Part shown: positions 30,207 to 42,761 of the stretch, one piece after another
How the letters are laid out: each line of letters begins with the position of its first letter
Position numbering within the stretch: the first letter of the stretch is position 1
Translations under genes and position numbers: made by a program
The notes under the pieces: generated by a model
Told to the model about the DNA's origin: nothing
Database searches by the model: none
What the model saw: the letters and a program-made list of their open reading frames with translations, nothing else
From: an uncultured Bacilli bacterium
GTDB lineage: Bacteria > Bacillota_I > Bacilli_A > RFN20 > CAG-449
DNA length: 64,000 nt
NCBI GenBank assembly: GCA_947588815.1
Contig: CANQAG010000001.1
Coordinates: 65,038-129,037 of the forward strand
Direction of reading: 5' to 3'

Positions 30207-31091
30207 CTAATCAATCGAATATGAACAGTTTTCATCGAGGGAGGGAATCGATGCAATTTTATATGAAAAATAAAGTCGCATATCTGCCGAACAATTTACG
30301 CTAAGAAATTTTTTAGTTTTATAATCCTCTAAAATTTTTATTGTTTTGAAATCATAATGCCCATCTATCTCAAAGAAAAATTCTACTTTTGAAAAAATCG
30401 GCAGTTGATCTAATTGAGAAATATATTGCATCTGTTTTGAATAATAGTAAACGCTAAGTGTCGGATCTAAAGTCAACTTAAATTTACTTTTATCAATTGT
30501 TTCTTCCTTTATTACCGTTTTTGATGAAATTATATACGGAAAAGGGTCTGACAGCTTTTTATAGTATCTTGAAAAGAATTCTTCTTCATCAACCATTTCA
30601 CCATCTTGATTCCACTTAGCTTCTGTCGCCGTTTCATTTGGAGTTCCATAATAAATTTTGATTTCGTTTTCCTTATAATAACGTTCTCCAATAGCAATAT
30701 TTATCAATCCTGGTGAGCTTTTCGAAAGAGATTCGGTGAAGTACTGATTATTGTTTTTAATATTGGTTGAATTTACTTTTTGATTAATTATCGAATATAC
30801 ATTTCCGATTCCGACAATTTTATAATTTTCTTTTTTTCGAAAATTATCAATCGCAATCTTATAATAATCAAAAGCTTTCAAATCATTTTTCATCCCAATA
30901 GATAATCCACTATCATTATCAAGATTACTAGAACTATTAGAATCGACAATTAAATTATTTTGCAAAGAATTTTCGAAATAGTTACTATCGTATAAATCAC
31001 TTGGATTAATCGATTGATAGAAATCGACACTTTCACATCCAACCATCAAAATAGTTACTAACAATAAAAACAAGCTTCTTTTAGACAACAT
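30207..31091 (-). CDS. hypothetical lipoprotein
   Basis: Lipobox LLVTILMVGC|ES. N/S-rich, no known domain. 3-nt gap to the upstream IS200-like gene. Confidence 0.5.
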   Translation of the reverse strand: MLSKRSLFLLLVTILMVGCESVDFYQSINPSDLYDSNYFENSLQNNLIVDSNSSSNLDNDSGLSIGMKNDLKAFDYYKIAIDNFRKKENYKIVGIGNVYSIINQKVNSTNIKNNNQYFTESLSKSSPGLINIAIGERYYKENEIKIYYGTPNETATEAKWNQDGEMVDEEEFFSRYYKKLSDPFPYIISSKTVIKEETIDKSKFKLTLDPTLSVYYYSKQMQYISQLDQLPIFSKVEFFFEIDGHYDFKTIKILEDYKTKKFLSVNCSADMRLYFSYKIASIPSLDENCSYSID

Positions 31092-31094
31092 TTT

Positions 31095-31820
31095 TTACTC
31101 CTTATTCTTGGTGATTGCTAAGCCTTTCCCAACTTTCCATAACAGCCTCAAAGGAAGTGTCGTTATTCTTGAAATTTGTCTTGCTGAAGCTTTAGTTGCT
31201 TTCATAACAGATTTTATGATTTCAATAAGGTGTCCGCGCGGAAGATTGATTAACTCATTTGGTTTCATCGCATAAGTCAATTCAATGTAAGTTGAGATTT
31301 GTTCGTCGCTTAAACTAGTAAAATATGAAGTTTCTTTATCTTTCAAATCAAAAATCCAAAGATAGTTATCACTTGATACAGATAATATTTCACTAAAATA
31401 AGAGCTATCAAGATAAGGGTTGTTAAATAATGCAGTCTTAGAAGAAAAGGCACTAAAAAAAACATCCCCCATCACTTTAATATCGCGGATAAAATAAAAA
31501 ATATCTTCTTTATCATGAGCCGCTTTACTTTGATAGCGATCAATAAATACATTACCTTGTTTTTGATTTTTATGATTATAATAATTGGCAAAAGACACGG
31601 TGATTTTTCTCATTAACAATTCTAGGGAGATTTCATTTTCATGAATTACGAAAGCAAAAGCGCTATCTAATAACGTATACGATAAAAGATCATAACCTTT
31701 AACCGAAGTCAATAAATCCAAAAAGCATTTTTGATCATCGAGGTCAAAAGCATGTTCGCTAGCCCTTAAATTTACAAAGTAAACACCCAGAGGACTTTTT
31801 TCGCGTGCTTGTCTTGCCAT
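31095..31820 (-). CDS. IS200/RayT-like (Y1 HUH transposase fold) protein with degenerate HUH motif, probably catalytically inactive and domesticated
   Basis: The N-terminus MARQAREKSPLGVYFVNLRASEH parallels the TnpA-IS200 / REP-associated tyrosine transposase start (MxRxxR..YHVxxRGN). The HUH position reads SAFAFV instead of NHVHLL. No flanking inverted or terminal repeats were seen. Confidence 0.5.
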   Translation of the reverse strand: MARQAREKSPLGVYFVNLRASEHAFDLDDQKCFLDLLTSVKGYDLLSYTLLDSAFAFVIHENEISLELLMRKITVSFANYYNHKNQKQGNVFIDRYQSKAAHDKEDIFYFIRDIKVMGDVFFSAFSSKTALFNNPYLDSSYFSEILSVSSDNYLWIFDLKDKETSYFTSLSDEQISTYIELTYAMKPNELINLPRGHLIEIIKSVMKATKASARQISRITTLPLRLLWKVGKGLAITKNKE

Positions 31821-31951
31821 TTACTATTCACCTCTATTCTGAATCAATTATAGAGGTGAATAAAAAGTAGGTCAAGAGTATTGTCCCTTTTGCAACATAA
31901 AGTGTCCCTACCGCAACATCAAACATAAAAAAAATAGATACTTTTCAGTAC

Positions 31952-32182
31952 CTATTGTTCAGAATTATCAATTTTTTCTTCTTTATTTTCATTAATGCCA
32001 TTACTTTTATCATACATAGTAATGACAAATATCCCCCATAAAACGATCGTGAGAATAAAAACGATACAAGATCCTGTAATAGTTCTCGGCGATTGAGAAA
32101 TCGTCAGAAAAATAATTGCAATTATAGAAAAAATCGTCGCTATAATCGCACAAATTAAAATTTTTTTTGATGCAGAACTCAT
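31952..32182 (-). CDS. small membrane protein (76 aa, two TM helices)
   Basis: Overlaps the stop of the nitroreductase gene by 4 nt, so it is probably co-transcribed. Confidence 0.35.
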   Translation of the reverse strand: MSSASKKILICAIIATIFSIIAIIFLTISQSPRTITGSCIVFILTIVLWGIFVITMYDKSNGINENKEEKIDNSEQ

Positions 32183-32700
32183 TTTATAAAACGTACATAT
32201 TGAGCTTTACGTGGTTTGGGATATTCCGGATAATTTTTAGCGTATCCCAAAATCATCGTCCCGACAATCATCATCTCATCTTCAATGCCGAAACTCTTTT
32301 TCAAGTCTTTACCTTCTTCAGTGTTGAACAATTCTTCCACACAATTAATCCAACATGAAGCAATACCTAAAGATTCCGCGGCAATCATCATATTTTCCAT
32401 ACAACAAGCACCATCTTGTATCGGACACATTGTATTTTTATTAGCTGCCACTAAAACAAACTCTTTAGCCCCATAAAACGGATCACGTCCAAATTTTTTT
32501 ACTGCCAAAGTTCTTAACGCTTCACGCTTGATATCATTTTTTAACACTAATAATTGAGCAGATTGTTGATTTTTGGCACTTGGCGCATAAGTCCCTGCTT
32601 GTAGAATCAAATTTAAATCTTGTTCTGAAATCGCCTGATCAGTATATTCACGATAACTACGACGGTTCAAAATACTGATGATGGTATCGTTAATAGCCAT
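32179..32700 (-). CDS. nitroreductase-family flavoprotein
   Basis: 173 aa. N-terminal LNRRSYREY and a PSAKNQQ motif typical of NfsB/NfnB-like nitroreductases. Confidence 0.75.
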   Translation of the reverse strand: MAINDTIISILNRRSYREYTDQAISEQDLNLILQAGTYAPSAKNQQSAQLLVLKNDIKREALRTLAVKKFGRDPFYGAKEFVLVAANKNTMCPIQDGACCMENMMIAAESLGIASCWINCVEELFNTEEGKDLKKSFGIEDEMMIVGTMILGYAKNYPEYPKPRKAQYVRFIK

Positions 32701-32850
32701 ATATTTGTTCCTTTCTATATTTTTATTATATTCTTTTTAATCTCAAACAAAAAGTCCCAATTTTTAAGAGTATCCAGAAAAATTACCAAAAAATGTTTTA
32801 TCTTGAATAGTGAGTACAAAAGTTTATATAATTGATAAGAAGGTGATTAT

Positions 32851-33199
32851 ATTGAAAAAATTAAATTTGATAATGATCGGCAGTTTAATCATTTTGCTAG
32901 GGGCATGTACCAATAATCCAGGAACTTCCGTATCTAATTCAAATATATTATCAACTACTTCTCAATCTAATAATGCTTCTAGTCAACTAATATCTGAATC
33001 AAATGAGGCGTCGAGTATGAATGGATCTTCTCTTAGTGAAGAATCTATTAGTGAAACGCTTAGTGACGAAGAAACAGATACTTCAAATTCAGAAAATGAA
33101 GACTCCTCTACTAACAACTCTTCTTCCAGCGAAGAAGGAATTAAAAATAGCGGCGGATTTGTTGATTCTGATAGCAATACTTGGGATGATCCAGTTTAA
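32851..33199 (+). CDS. Ser/Asp/Glu-rich small lipoprotein
   Basis: TTG start at 32851 with AGGTGA RBS 5 nt upstream (LKKLNLIMIGSLIILLGAC|TNN). Low-complexity acidic serine-rich body. Confidence 0.5.
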
Positions 33200-33220
33200 A
33201 AAAACCGGTTTCCCAGTTTT

Positions 33221-33886
33221 TTATTTATTTAAATTTTCAATTATATCGATGATTTCATAAGGTTTATCAATGATAAAGTCCGCTCCATTTTGACACAATT
33301 CTTCTTTGGTCCTAAAGCCCCAAGTTACACCGATTTTAGTTAAGTTCGCATTTTTTGCGGTTTGCATATCGATGTCACTATCACCAACATATATTACTTC
33401 TTCATGTTTTAAATGCATGGTTTCTAACAATAATTCAACTCCTTGCGGATTAGGTTTTGGAGGAATTCCCTCTCTTTTTCCAAAAGGAAAGTCAAAATTT
33501 TGAAGCCCAAAATAATGATCAAGCACATCTAAAGTATCTTGATGTGGTTTGTTTGATAACAAAGCCACAATAATTTTTTTCTTACGTAACGATAAAAGTA
33601 ACTCTTTAATTCCATCATATGGCTTTGTTTTTATCGCCTTTCTTTTACCATAAATATAATTGTATCGTTCTTTCAGTTCTATTTGTCTTTCATTTTGAAC
33701 ATGAAATTTTTTTATAGCTCGTTCCGTCAAAACGTCAACTCCGCTACCGACGAAATACTTCATCTCTTCACTAGTATAATCACCCTTCAATCCCATTTCA
33801 TTTAATGCCAAATTAATCGAATCTTTTATGTCTTCAATCGTATTAAGCAATGTTCCGTCTAAATCAAAGATCACACCTTTAATCAA
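33221..33886 (-). CDS. HAD-superfamily hydrolase (phosphoglycolate phosphatase-like)
   Basis: Motif I VIFDLDGTLLNT and motif IV GDSDIDMQTAKNAN. Confidence 0.8.
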   Translation of the reverse strand: MIKGVIFDLDGTLLNTIEDIKDSINLALNEMGLKGDYTSEEMKYFVGSGVDVLTERAIKKFHVQNERQIELKERYNYIYGKRKAIKTKPYDGIKELLLSLRKKKIIVALLSNKPHQDTLDVLDHYFGLQNFDFPFGKREGIPPKPNPQGVELLLETMHLKHEEVIYVGDSDIDMQTAKNANLTKIGVTWGFRTKEELCQNGADFIIDKPYEIIDIIENLNK

Positions 33887-34028
33887 TTAAATCACCTCAC
33901 TTGCCTATCTTAAACGACTAAGCGGAAAATATAAAGTCAAATAAATATTTTAAATTATTTACAATACTTTTATTTTTCTAAAATCTGAGATTGGATATAA
34001 TACTTATCGTAAGTTATAGGAGTTCCTT

Positions 34029-35663
34029 ATGGTTAATTTTGATATAATTTTTAAATTGTTAGGTGGACTTGGTGCTTTTTTAATCGGATTTAAAATTCTT
34101 TCTGAAACCATCGAATCATTAGCAACTAACAAACTTAAAAAATTATTTGATAAATCGTCAAAAAATCCTTTTGTCGGTGTCGGAATTGGTATTATTGCCA
34201 CCGCTTTAATGCAGTCATCTTCGGCAACAACAGTCATCGTTGTCGGTTTTGTTAACGCCGGATTAATGAATCTATATCAAGCTACCGCCGTGATTATGGG
34301 AGCCAATATCGGAACTACCATCACCGCTCAATTGGTCGCACTACAATCATTTGATTTCACCACGATTGCAATCGGACTCACCGCTGTCGGCATCTTTATT
34401 AATCTTCTTTGTAAAAAGCGTGAAAAAATACGACTTGCCGGTTATGCTATCGCGGGTTTAGGTTTGATATTTTTAGGTGTCAATTATATGTCGACTCAGA
34501 TGAGTTTTTTAGCCACAAATCCCGACATTAAAAATGCTTTCGAAACGATTAACAATCCTTTATTATTGCTTTTAATCGGTATTGGAGTCACCGCTTTAAT
34601 TCAATCATCCTTTGCAGTCACTTCCATCGTTCTTTCTTTGGCAGCAGCCGGAATTATGGTCGGTGGCATTGGTAATGGTGTTTATTATGTGATTCTAGGA
34701 ACCAATATCGGTACATGTATAACGGCGATTTTATCTTCAATCGGCGGTGGAGCCAATACAAAACGCGCGGCAGTTATCCATCTTTTATTTAATGTAACCG
34801 GTTCTTTATTGTTCATGATTGTCTTGTTGCTTTTTCCCGACTTTCATAACGCTACTTTTGGCAAATGGTTCTCTAATCCGGCCACTCAAATTGCGATGTT
34901 CCACACCTTCTTTAATGTCATCTGCGTTTTATTATTCTTACCATTTATTAAATTGTTCATTAAAATAGCCACTTTAATTATTCCTGAAAGAAAACAAACA
35001 AAAGAAGAACTCGCCATTTATCTCGACGAGCGTTTTTTAAAAAACCCATTAATTGCTTTAAGTCAAGTTAACAAACAAATGATTCAAATCGGAAATGATT
35101 CTATAAAATCATTAAACTATTCTTTGAATGCCTTTATAAAAAAAGAGCTTTCTAGCAAAAAAGAAATTGACGATATTAACGAACAAGTACAAAAAATCAA
35201 TGTGCTGATTATCGATTACATGATAAAAATTAGCAGTAACGATCTTTCGATTAAAGCCGAAAAATTGATTTCTAACTATCATCACTCTTTAGCGGACATC
35301 GTAAGAATCAGTGAATTAAGCGATAATATTACAAAATATACCCAAACCACCGTCGAAAATGCATTAAGCTTTTCTAATAATGGTCTTCAAGATTTACAAG
35401 CCATGATGGAACGAATCAATATCATGGCTGAAAAAGTTTTTAATTTAATGGAACACAAATCAAGAGAAAAATTAAAATCTGTCGAATCGGACGAAGAAGC
35501 AATCGATTCCATGCGTAAAAACATTATTGATGAACATATTAAACGTCTTAATGAAGGCACTTGTTCTCCGGAAACAAATACTATCTTTACGAATTTAGTG
35601 GCGAATTTAGAAAGAGCTGCCGATCACTTAAACTATATTGCTCATAATAGTTCAAATTCTTAA
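34029..35663 (+). CDS. Na+/phosphate cotransporter family protein (NptA-like, with PhoU-like C-terminal domain)
   Basis: Duplicated QSSSATT / QSSFAVT Na/Pi-cotransporter motifs. C-terminal helical PhoU-like region. Confidence 0.85.
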   Translation: MVNFDIIFKLLGGLGAFLIGFKILSETIESLATNKLKKLFDKSSKNPFVGVGIGIIATALMQSSSATTVIVVGFVNAGLMNLYQATAVIMGANIGTTITAQLVALQSFDFTTIAIGLTAVGIFINLLCKKREKIRLAGYAIAGLGLIFLGVNYMSTQMSFLATNPDIKNAFETINNPLLLLLIGIGVTALIQSSFAVTSIVLSLAAAGIMVGGIGNGVYYVILGTNIGTCITAILSSIGGGANTKRAAVIHLLFNVTGSLLFMIVLLLFPDFHNATFGKWFSNPATQIAMFHTFFNVICVLLFLPFIKLFIKIATLIIPERKQTKEELAIYLDERFLKNPLIALSQVNKQMIQIGNDSIKSLNYSLNAFIKKELSSKKEIDDINEQVQKINVLIIDYMIKISSNDLSIKAEKLISNYHHSLADIVRISELSDNITKYTQTTVENALSFSNNGLQDLQAMMERINIMAEKVFNLMEHKSREKLKSVESDEEAIDSMRKNIIDEHIKRLNEGTCSPETNTIFTNLVANLERAADHLNYIAHNSSNS

Positions 35664-36313
35664 TCTTCCGTTTTTTGAGTGTTTTTAGCAATAAATTTTT
35701 GATAACTGAACTGGCAACCACAATATAACTGTTGATACATATTATAAAATTTTCGAATTTCAACTGCACGATCGATACCCTTATTCTTTTTAAAATCAGA
35801 AATGAAATATTTAGTATAAGAATATTTTGATTGTAGTTCTAGTCCGATTTCATTCAGTTTTTGAGAGTTTTTCTGCCTTGATATCGTCATGACCGTCGTA
35901 AAATAATCATATTGATGAGAATTCGCATAATTAAAAGCTTCATCCATTCTTAATTTAAAACATGTAAAACATCTTTCCTGCCCTTCAGGTAAATCTTTGT
36001 ATGGTTCAAGTTTTTCGGTAAACAATTCATTTAAATAACGCGTTTCAATCAATTGAACATTTTGATGATGCTCATAGTTAAAAATCGAGACAAATCTTTT
36101 AAGTTCGCTTAAGCGACGATCATGTTCACTTTTAGGGTATATATTGGAATTATTAAAAAAAATCGTCACTTCAAAATATGGTGTCAAAAATTCCAAAGGG
36201 AATCCCGAACACGGACCACAACACACGTGCAATAAAAGACGTGGTTTTGTCTTTAAGTTCTTGATGGTGTCTAATTCTTTTATTGACTCTAAATAGTAAT
36301 TTTTCTTAACCAT
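35660..36313 (-). CDS. queH: epoxyqueuosine reductase QueH (DUF208)
   Basis: [11 protein letters not shown] cysteine motif. Start uncertain (ATG 36313 or 36361); overlaps the queA 3' end. Confidence 0.75.
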   Translation of the reverse strand: MVKKNYYLESIKELDTIKNLKTKPRLLLHVCCGPCSGFPLEFLTPYFEVTIFFNNSNIYPKSEHDRRLSELKRFVSIFNYEHHQNVQLIETRYLNELFTEKLEPYKDLPEGQERCFTCFKLRMDEAFNYANSHQYDYFTTVMTISRQKNSQKLNEIGLELQSKYSYTKYFISDFKKNKGIDRAVEIRKFYNMYQQLYCGCQFSYQKFIAKNTQKTED

Positions 36314-37340
36314 ATATAAACATTGCATCTCCGAAAGAAAAAAATCGATAATGTTCTTCAATTGCTTTTTGATACGCTTCTAAAATAAAATCTCGCCCGG
36401 CAAAAGCTGAAACCAACATAATCAAGGTGGATTTTGGTAAATGGAAATTAGTGATTAAAGCATCGATAGCCTCAAACTGATATCCTGGATAAATAAAAAT
36501 ATCAGTTTCCCCAGATGTAGCAACAAACTTATGATATTTCTTATAAATCGCTTCTAGCGTTCTTGTTGATGTTGTTCCAACTGCAATGATTCTTCTTTTT
36601 TCTTCATGCGCCTTATTTAAAATATCGGCACAATTTTGATCCATCTCATAGGCTTCGCTATGCATATGATGATTTAAAATATTATCGACTTTGACGGGAC
36701 GGAATGTGCCAAGACCAATATGCAAAGTAACATCAACTACAATGACCCCTTTTTCTTTTATTTTATCAAACATTTCTTCCGTGAAGTGAAATCCGGCAGT
36801 CGGAGCAGCGCTGGAACCACTGGTTTTGGCATAGACAGTTTGATAACGAGAATTGTCATCACATTGTTTTTTGATATAAGGAGGTAACGGCATTTTTCCA
36901 AGATGTTCCAATATTTCTAAAAGAATGCCTTGATAAAGTAATTTCATGATTCGAATACCTTCGTCTTTTACTTCAAGACATTGAGCCTTTAATTCTCCGT
37001 TACCAAAAATAATTATCGTATCTTTTTTTATTACTCTAGCATTGCCACAGAGACATTCCCAAATATCTTGTCCTTTATCTTTCAAAAGCAAGACTTCAAC
37101 TTGGGCATTGGTCTTTTCTTTAATGCCGATAAGACGCGCCGGAATCACTTTAGAATTATTACGCACTAAAACATCTCCCGGTTTCAAATAATCAAGCAAA
37201 TCATAAAAATAGCGATGTTCTATCGTTTGTTCACTTTTATTTAAGACCATCAACCGGGAATGATCACGCTTTTTTTCCGGAGTTTGCGCAATCAATTCTT
37301 CTGGCAAATTAAAATCAAATTGTGAAATCGAAAAATCCAT
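36306..37340 (-). CDS. queA: S-adenosylmethionine:tRNA ribosyltransferase-isomerase
   Basis: Start at 37340 ([33 protein letters not shown]), 1 nt after the tgt stop. Conserved QueA N-terminus. Confidence 0.9.
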   Translation of the reverse strand: MDFSISQFDFNLPEELIAQTPEKKRDHSRLMVLNKSEQTIEHRYFYDLLDYLKPGDVLVRNNSKVIPARLIGIKEKTNAQVEVLLLKDKGQDIWECLCGNARVIKKDTIIIFGNGELKAQCLEVKDEGIRIMKLLYQGILLEILEHLGKMPLPPYIKKQCDDNSRYQTVYAKTSGSSAAPTAGFHFTEEMFDKIKEKGVIVVDVTLHIGLGTFRPVKVDNILNHHMHSEAYEMDQNCADILNKAHEEKRRIIAVGTTSTRTLEAIYKKYHKFVATSGETDIFIYPGYQFEAIDALITNFHLPKSTLIMLVSAFAGRDFILEAYQKAIEEHYRFFSFGDAMFIYG

Positions 37341-37341
37341 T

Positions 37342-39485
<2,144 letters not shown>

Positions 39486-39488
39486 AAA

Positions 39489-39932
39489 TTAAATTCCTCC
39501 TAATAGTTTCATCATCATATAACAGTCCTCACCATCGGAATAGTAATTTTTCTTTCGAACTTTGATTTCAAATCCGTATTTTTCATACAATTTAATCGCC
39601 TTTTCATTTGAAACTCGCACCTCTAAGGTAAGACTGAAAGCTCCGTTTTTATAGAGTTCATCTAAGGCTTTTTGCATCAATTTTGAGCCTAATCCTTGTC
39701 CTTGCATTTCTTTTAACACACAAATTTTGTTGATTTCACCTTGATCAAATAATAACCAATAATCAATGTAACCGAGAAGTTTATCGCTCTCTTTTAAAAG
39801 CCATATGGTCGCAAACTCATTATTTTGAATTTCGTATAAATATTGCTCTTTGGTCCAAGGAGAAGCAAAATTTTCAAATTCAAGCTTTGCTAAATCATCG
39901 ACATCCTCGATCGTTGCTATTACAAACTCCAT
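39489..39932 (-). CDS. rimI: ribosomal-protein-alanine N-acetyltransferase (GNAT)
   Basis: GNAT motif QGQGLGSKLM. Conserved position between tsaB and tsaD. Confidence 0.8.
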   Translation of the reverse strand: MEFVIATIEDVDDLAKLEFENFASPWTKEQYLYEIQNNEFATIWLLKESDKLLGYIDYWLLFDQGEINKICVLKEMQGQGLGSKLMQKALDELYKNGAFSLTLEVRVSNEKAIKLYEKYGFEIKVRKKNYYSDGEDCYMMMKLLGGI

Positions 39933-39933
39933 A

Positions 39934-40527
39934 TTAATCCTTTAAATACAGCGGCTTTAAAGTTAAAATATCCTCTTCCACTTCACATTGATCAAGATAA
40001 GATTTCATGCCTTCAAGCACTTCAAAGGGAGCCTCAAGATTCAAATATTTTACATCACCTTTAACGTTAAATCCTTGTGTCGAATATTGATTTATAAGTT
40101 TTCTAACTTCATCATTAGTTAAAATGCAATCTTCTAAAACCACTTTACCCTTTTGATAAATAGCAACATAACTACGATCACTACGCGCATTAATAAGGGC
40201 GATATAATTTTCCGTCATTGAACCTAAAACTTTCAACGATGAAATTGTCTTACATTTGATTTTTGGAGCGATAGTGCACAATGTTTTAGCTATCGTTAAA
40301 GCAATTCTTACTCCGGTGTATGAACCGGGTCCTTTAGTAACCATCACTTCAGCAAGATCAAGCAAGCCTATGTTTAATTTATTTAACGCTTTTTCAATTT
40401 CAGGAATCATAAATTCGGATTGCCGTTGCCAAGCAGAATACGAATTCCGATATAAAAATTCACCATCACCTAAAATTGCAACCGCTAAAAGAGTAGAAGA
40501 ACTATCTAATAAAAGTGAATATTTCAT
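39934..40527 (-). CDS. tsaB: tRNA threonylcarbamoyladenosine biosynthesis protein TsaB
   Basis: 197 aa, inactive Kae1 paralog fold (LLLDSSSTLLAVAIL, GPGSYTGVRI). Confidence 0.85.
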   Translation of the reverse strand: MKYSLLLDSSSTLLAVAILGDGEFLYRNSYSAWQRQSEFMIPEIEKALNKLNIGLLDLAEVMVTKGPGSYTGVRIALTIAKTLCTIAPKIKCKTISSLKVLGSMTENYIALINARSDRSYVAIYQKGKVVLEDCILTNDEVRKLINQYSTQGFNVKGDVKYLNLEAPFEVLEGMKSYLDQCEVEEDILTLKPLYLKD

Positions 40528-40988
40528 AATTTGATTTCCTCAATTCTTTTTAAAAGTTCAAGATATTTGCTTCCAAAAGCTTCAAAACTAAATCTTCTGG
40601 TATTTTCATCGATGATTTCTATTTTTACACTTAAACGATCTTTTATCATGCTTTTGATATAAGAGGCCCATTCAATTATCGCTACACCATCTCCATCAAT
40701 TACTTCTTCAAGTCCGATGTCGCTATTAATTCCATCTTCTAACCGATAAGCATCGATATGGTAAAAAGGCATTTTTCCATTAAAATAACACTTTAAAATG
40801 TTGAAAGTAGGGCTGGAGATCGTATCTTTTATCCCTAATCCAGATCCTAATCCTTTTGTAAAAGTCGTCTTTCCGGCGCCAAGATCACCATCCAAGGTGA
40901 TAACCATATTGGGCGATAAATAATCAGCGATTTTTTCACCAAGTTTCATCGTTTCAAATTTACTATTAGTAAAAAGATGATATATCAT
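40524..40988 (-). CDS. tsaE: tRNA threonylcarbamoyladenosine biosynthesis ATPase TsaE
   Basis: P-loop GDLGAGKTTF. 4-nt overlap with tsaB. Confidence 0.85.
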   Translation of the reverse strand: MIYHLFTNSKFETMKLGEKIADYLSPNMVITLDGDLGAGKTTFTKGLGSGLGIKDTISSPTFNILKCYFNGKMPFYHIDAYRLEDGINSDIGLEEVIDGDGVAIIEWASYIKSMIKDRLSVKIEIIDENTRRFSFEAFGSKYLELLKRIEEIKL

Positions 40989-41115
40989 AGAATACCTCGA
41001 ATCACAAAGATTATATCATTAATATAGGGCTTTTTAAAGTTGCTCTTTAAAATAACTCTTTAAATATTTCCTTGCTTCATCTTATAATAATATACACAAA
41101 ACAAGGAGACAATTT

Positions 41116-42060
41116 ATGAAGGATCTCATTATCATAGGTGCCGGTCCAATAGGACTTTATAGCGGTATTCTTGCTTCGCTACACAATTTAGATTTTTTAA
41201 TTATCGAATCAAAAAGTCAACCGGGAGGACAATTGACTTCTTTGTATCCTGAAAAAGATATCATCGATCTTGCCGGACTACCTCGTATCAGTGCTAAAAA
41301 TTACATTCATCAATTAATGCTTCAATTGACTAATCTTTCTTCGGATTCATTGCATTTAAATGAGAATGTTCTTACTATCGAAAACAAAGAAAATTATCAC
41401 ATCGTTCGCACTTCAACATCCGCTTATGAAACTAAAACCATTCTTATTTGTACTGGCATGGGATTATTTATGCCCCGTAAAATCGGACTAGATAATGAAG
41501 ATTGTTTTAAAAATATTTTATATAGTCTTCCTAGTAAACAAATGCTCAAAAATAAAAACGTGATTATATTAGGTGGAGGAGATTCCGCGGTCGATTGGGC
41601 TTTAACATTAAAAGATCTTGTTAAAGACTGTTCGATTGTCCATCGGCGTCAAGAATTTCGCGCTCAAGACAATCAAGTACAAGCCATGAGAAATTCAACC
41701 ATTAATATTTATACACCTTACATCGTAAAAGAACTTCGCGGTGAAGAAAAACATCTTACTTCCATCGTCTTAGAAAACGTCGATAATAAAAATGAACAAG
41801 AACTATCTTGTGACTATCTTTTCGTAAACTATGGCTTGATTCCAACTAAAGACAATTTTAATGTTGCAAAAGAAAATGGCTTAATCACAGTTAATCGCAC
41901 TTTTGAAACATCGATCAAAAATATTTTTGCTGTCGGAAATATTATCACTTACGAAGGCAAAGTAAAAAACATCACTTGCGGTCTTGGTGAAGCTGTTGTA
42001 GCCATCACCAAAATCGATCAAATTTTAAATCCAACAAAAAATATTCCCATCCATTTTTAA
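41116..42060 (+). CDS. FAD/NAD(P)-binding oxidoreductase, thioredoxin-reductase-like ferredoxin-NADP+ reductase (YumC-type)
   Basis: IIGAGPIGLYSG dinucleotide motif and a second GGGDSAVDWA motif. No CxxC redox pair, which favours the FNR type over TrxB. RBS AAGGAGA. Confidence 0.75.
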   Translation: MKDLIIIGAGPIGLYSGILASLHNLDFLIIESKSQPGGQLTSLYPEKDIIDLAGLPRISAKNYIHQLMLQLTNLSSDSLHLNENVLTIENKENYHIVRTSTSAYETKTILICTGMGLFMPRKIGLDNEDCFKNILYSLPSKQMLKNKNVIILGGGDSAVDWALTLKDLVKDCSIVHRRQEFRAQDNQVQAMRNSTINIYTPYIVKELRGEEKHLTSIVLENVDNKNEQELSCDYLFVNYGLIPTKDNFNVAKENGLITVNRTFETSIKNIFAVGNIITYEGKVKNITCGLGEAVVAITKIDQILNPTKNIPIHF

Positions 42061-42614
42061 TTGGAGAGAATATCTTTTTCTTGGAGATCTTTGATTTTTA
42101 AATAACTGCGATAATATTGCTGAATTTTTTGATCAACAAATGGAAAGACACGGTCTTCCATTTTTTTATGAACTTTTTCATTTACATAGCGAATTACTTT
42201 ATAAAGATCATCATCATATCCGTATTTTTTACGATGATATTCAAATTCCTTTTCGTCAAGGCGAATTATTTCACCATCAACCAACAATTTAAGATCCAAA
42301 TCATAATCGATATATTTGATAATATGATTATCGATAAGACTCGGAGACGCGATATTGCAGTAATAATAAATCGAATTTTCGCGAAGCATCGCAATCACAT
42401 TAAACCATTCTTTAAAGAAAAATATCGACACTGCAGGTTCTCTTGTATACCACTTTCTGCCGTCTCCTTCAATCACTTTAGTGGTTGAAGAAACGATGAC
42501 GATATAATCCTCACAATATTCGACAATCATTGCATTATCCCAAGTACGATGAAGGCTTCCATCGTGTTTGTAACTTTGCACTTGTATAAATTTACCGATG
42601 TAATCCAAATCCAT
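42057..42614 (-). CDS. DUF402 / Ntdp-type nucleoside tri/diphosphatase (YgaC/UPF0374 family)
   Basis: IQVQSYKHDGSLHRTWDN ... GDGRKWYTREPA ... YYYCNIASP ... IKYIDYDLDLKL closely parallel Bacillus YgaC. Confidence 0.7.
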   Translation of the reverse strand: MDLDYIGKFIQVQSYKHDGSLHRTWDNAMIVEYCEDYIVIVSSTTKVIEGDGRKWYTREPAVSIFFFKEWFNVIAMLRENSIYYYCNIASPSLIDNHIIKYIDYDLDLKLLVDGEIIRLDEKEFEYHRKKYGYDDDLYKVIRYVNEKVHKKMEDRVFPFVDQKIQQYYRSYLKIKDLQEKDILSN

Positions 42615-42761
42615 TTCTTGAACCTCGCATAGATTATATCACTAGTTTGTGTGCTTTTCCATTTTCCGCTTTAAATAAGATTAATTACTGCGCAATAAAG
42701 TGTTTCTTTTAATATTCGCATTTTTAATGTATAATATTATTCATTAAGAGGAACATAAACC

